64,000 nt of DNA from Bacteroidales bacterium (GTDB taxonomy: Bacteria > Bacteroidota > Bacteroidia > Bacteroidales > UBA1402), in the NCBI GenBank assembly GCA_017468435.1, contig JAFUIP010000004.1, positions 18,668-82,667 on the forward strand, written 5' to 3'. Of this stretch, positions 61,765 to 64,000 are shown one piece after another. The translations under genes and the position numbers were made by a program. The notes under the pieces were generated by a model. That model saw nothing but the letters and a program-made list of their open reading frames with translations. It ran no database searches and was not told the origin of the DNA. Each line of letters starts with the position of its first letter. Position 1 is the stretch's first letter.

Positions 61765-62946
61765 TTATCGGCTTGCCAGCATTTTGATTCGTTCCAATGC
61801 CTGCTTGAGTTTTTCGGTTTTGCAACAAAGGGAAATGCGGATATAACGCGCGCCATTGCTACCAAAGATAAAGCCGGGAACGATAAACACGCGGGCTTCG
61901 TGCAAGACCTTTTCCGTCAGTTCTTCCACATTTTCATAGCTTTCGGGAATTCGGCCCCAGAGGAACATGCCCGCCTGCGAAGCATCGAAACGGCAACCCA
62001 GTACCTGCATGATTTCTTCCGCAATGAGGCGACGTTCGCGATAATTGGCATTGTTGCCGTCGTACCAATCTTTTTCGGCTTCGAGCGCCGTGACGGCAGC
62101 CAACTGAGTGGCACGGAACATTCCGCTGTCTATATTGCTTTTCACTTTCAGAATCCATTGCACAAACTCCGCATTGGAGGCCAACATTCCGATACGCCAA
62201 CCGGGCATGTTGTGGCTCTTGCTCATGGAGTTAAATTCAATGCAACAATCTTTAGCTCCGGGCACGCTCAAAATACTCAGCGGATGGTCGTTCAAAATAA
62301 AACTGTAAGGATTATCGTTGACGATGACGATGTTTTTGCGACGGGCCAAAGCCACCAATTTCTCGTACACTTCCATAGAAGCCTGAGCGCCCGTGGGCAT
62401 ATTGGGATAATTCGTCCACATCAGTTTGACGCGGCTCATGTCCATGGCTTCGAGCGCTTCAAAATCGGGCATCCAGCCATTTTCTTCCTTCAAATCGTAA
62501 TAGACAACCTCGGCGCCCAAAATCTTGCTCAAAGAGGTGTAAGTAGGATAACCCGGATTGGGTACCAAAACTTGTTCGCCCGGATTGACAAAAGCCAGCG
62601 TCACGTGCAGAATACCTTCCTTAGAACCGATGAGCGGCTGAATTTCCTTGGCCGCATCCAGCTCCACGCCATACCATTTTTTATACCAGGAAGCAAAGGC
62701 TTCACGCAACTGAGGAATGCCCACATAAGGCATATAACCGTGTCCGTCAGGATTCTGCGCCTCTCGACAAAGCGTCTCTATGGTAGCTTGCGAGGGCGGC
62801 ATGTCCGGGCTTCCTATACCCAGGCTGATCACATCTTTTCCGGCGGCGTTCATGGCTGCCACTTCCTTCAACTTACGCGAAAAATAATATTCGCTCACGG
62901 CCGACAATCGTTCTGCCGGCATCATCTTATAAACCTGATTTTGCAT
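61765..62946 (-). CDS. Class I/II PLP aminotransferase (aromatic/prephenate aminotransferase candidate)
   Basis: NPGYPTY and SMSKSHNMPGWRIG (PLP Lys). Alternative starts at 62925 or 62922 would remove the overlap with pheA. Confidence 0.85.
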   Translation of the reverse strand: MQNQVYKMMPAERLSAVSEYYFSRKLKEVAAMNAAGKDVISLGIGSPDMPPSQATIETLCREAQNPDGHGYMPYVGIPQLREAFASWYKKWYGVELDAAKEIQPLIGSKEGILHVTLAFVNPGEQVLVPNPGYPTYTSLSKILGAEVVYYDLKEENGWMPDFEALEAMDMSRVKLMWTNYPNMPTGAQASMEVYEKLVALARRKNIVIVNDNPYSFILNDHPLSILSVPGAKDCCIEFNSMSKSHNMPGWRIGMLASNAEFVQWILKVKSNIDSGMFRATQLAAVTALEAEKDWYDGNNANYRERRLIAEEIMQVLGCRFDASQAGMFLWGRIPESYENVEELTEKVLHEARVFIVPGFIFGSNGARYIRISLCCKTEKLKQALERIKMLASR

Positions 62947-63775
62947 CTTCGTATTCTCCTAAAATTTTCAACTCCTTGGTTAATGGGCCAATGGCCACGA
63001 TAGACTGTTTATATCTCAACAAATCATCAAAAACGACATCCACATAAAACTGATATTCCCATTCGCGGCCTATGATAGGCAATGACTGGATTTTGGTCAG
63101 ATTGATGCGATAGAACGACAAGATGGAAAGCACTTGTGAAAGGCTGCCTTCTTCGTGAGGCAAAGTAAACACCATGCTCGACTTATCTACCTCGGTGCGA
63201 CGTTGACGGCGGATATCATCGGCTTGCCAGGCATCGGCCACCACCAAAAATCGGGTGAAATTATGTTTGTTGGTTTCAATGCCTTCTTGCAAAACTTTCA
63301 TGCCATACATCTTGGCTGCGGCTGCCGAACAGATGGCCGCATGGCCCCTCAAAACCTGTTTGCTTATCATCTCCGCACTGAGGGCCGTATCCTCGGCTTC
63401 CACCACCTTTATCTGCGCGTGCTGCGAGAGAAACTGACGACACTGCATCAGGGCAATGGGATGCGAATGTACTTCCTTGATATCTTGCCAATCGTCCTGA
63501 GGCAAACACACCATGCAATGCGAAATGCGCAACTTATGTTCGCCCACAATCTCCACCCCGCTCTGACGCAAGAGTTCGTAATTGTGCAACAAGCTGCCCG
63601 CAATGGTGTTCTCGATGGCCAACATGCCTATAACCGAACTGTCTTCGGCCATTGCCCTGAAAACATCTTCGAAGGTGCTGCAACAAATCAGTTCAATATC
63701 TTCGTTCTCGAAAAATTCGTGGGCGGCAATATCGTGGTACGAGCCCAACACGCCTTGTATCGCTATTTTTTTCAT
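62927..63775 (-). CDS. pheA: Prephenate dehydratase
   Basis: MKKIAIQGVLGSYHD, the TRF motif (NFTRFLVV) and a C-terminal ACT domain. The start is at ATG 63773-63775; the 27 upstream codons on the track encode a terminator hairpin and U-tract. Confidence 0.9.
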   Translation of the reverse strand: MKKIAIQGVLGSYHDIAAHEFFENEDIELICCSTFEDVFRAMAEDSSVIGMLAIENTIAGSLLHNYELLRQSGVEIVGEHKLRISHCMVCLPQDDWQDIKEVHSHPIALMQCRQFLSQHAQIKVVEAEDTALSAEMISKQVLRGHAAICSAAAAKMYGMKVLQEGIETNKHNFTRFLVVADAWQADDIRRQRRTEVDKSSMVFTLPHEEGSLSQVLSILSFYRINLTKIQSLPIIGREWEYQFYVDVVFDDLLRYKQSIVAIGPLTKELKILGEYEDAKSGL

Positions 63776-63786
63776 CCCAATGACTA

Positions 63787-63821
63787 ATAAAAAAACCCGC
63801 TTGCCAATATCGGAGCGGGTT
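63787..63821 (-). terminator. Intrinsic terminator (attenuator) 12-18 nt upstream of the pheA start codon
   Basis: Minus strand reads AACCCGCT-CCGATATTGGCA-AGCGGGTT-TTTTTATT: an 8-bp stem with 6 GC pairs, followed by a U-tract. Confidence 0.7.
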
Positions 63822-63874
63822 TCATATAAAACTATACAAAAATAATCATCAATCATTGCATACCAAAACTCGCT

Positions 63875-63919
63875 CTACTTTACGGCTAAAGTAAAAGTAA
63901 AAAAAGAAATAATATGCAT
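63875..63919 (-). CDS. Candidate 14-aa Phe-rich leader peptide MHIISFFTFTLAVK
   Basis: Hand translation: ATG CAT ATT ATT TCT TTT TTT ACT TTT ACT TTA GCC GTA AAG TAG. The stop codon abuts a segment able to pair with the terminator 5' arm. Confidence 0.45.
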   Translation of the reverse strand: MHIISFFTFTLAVK

Positions 63920-64000
63920 AAGTAAATACGTTCATCGCTTCAATGTCGTTTTTTAGACAATGCCTTTTGTTTCGACGCCGCAAATCTTTTCGAGACCGCA

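Noticed and set aside
63784-63825. Second short ORF, MKPAPILASGFFY, spanning the pheA terminator and ending in Phe-Phe-Tyr.
   Set aside because: The FFY codons are simply the terminator U-tract (TTTTTTTAT) read in frame, and any frame through a U-tract gives Phe-Phe. The body of the ORF is the hairpin itself. I kept it only as a footnote to the attenuator finding.
63837-63867. TTTG-N19-TATTTTTG promoter-like motif between the candidate leader peptide and the pheA terminator.
   Set aside because: I did not list it as a feature because a transcript from it would begin about 10 nt before a strong terminator with no alternative structure available. It remains the main alternative to the attenuator model and must be resolved by transcription start site mapping.
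63953-64000. Open frame on the minus strand running off the window end (…CGLEKICGVETKGIV, stop at 63953-63955).
   Set aside because: Only 15 codons are visible, which is too short to support a gene call or an identity. It is probably the 3' end of the gene upstream of the pheA leader.

Overview
This is a gene-dense (about 90% coding) 64-kb chromosomal segment that reads as Bacteroidota, probably Bacteroidales (Prevotella/Bacteroides-like). The evidence is TAnnTTTG -7 promoter boxes rather than sigma-70 -10/-35 elements, no Shine-Dalgarno sequences, and phylum-typical families: DUF3127, DUF4837, DUF5606, a long-tailed S16, and a receiver-less sigma-54 activator next to LptE and SecG.

The flanks are housekeeping:
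- recA, cobB, rpsP, tRNA-Ser(UGA), an MBOAT/SGNH acyltransferase pair, rng, hup, mutY, ssb
- an ABC importer remnant, secG, lptE, pdxA, rlmN, a PpiD-like PPIase, lptC, coaX
- pepD, an OmpH-like protein, lon, lptF/G, tgt
- a pheA-aminotransferase-aroF/chorismate mutase-tyrA operon

Twenty-seven consecutive genes (11101-54202) lie on the minus strand.

The one clearly accessory block is a tightly packed operon of ten secreted or lipoprotein carbohydrate-active enzymes (25864-49076): two GH78, GH140-like, GH127, a beta-propeller hydrolase, two GH2, GH106-like, a SASA-type acetylesterase and a DUF5703-like protein. Its family mix matches rhamnogalacturonan-II side-chain degradation. It has no SusC/SusD, regulator or transporter in the window, and its last gene overlaps the start of the essential coaX gene. 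Upstream sit two terminator-delimited lipoprotein genes, one fasciclin-domain and one beta-helix.

The most interesting non-coding signal is a classical-looking Phe-codon leader peptide with antiterminator and terminator directly upstream of pheA.

Other observations:
- an unannotated 29-aa bS22-like basic ORF
- a perfect hairpin in the rng leader
- an SSB-like C-terminal tip on DUF3127
- an extremely acidic protein coupled to recA
- in-frame tandem repeats in three genes

I saw no rRNA, CRISPR array, transposase, integrase, phage gene or recognisable defence or toxin-antitoxin system. All family calls come from motifs recognised by eye; no database search was possible.
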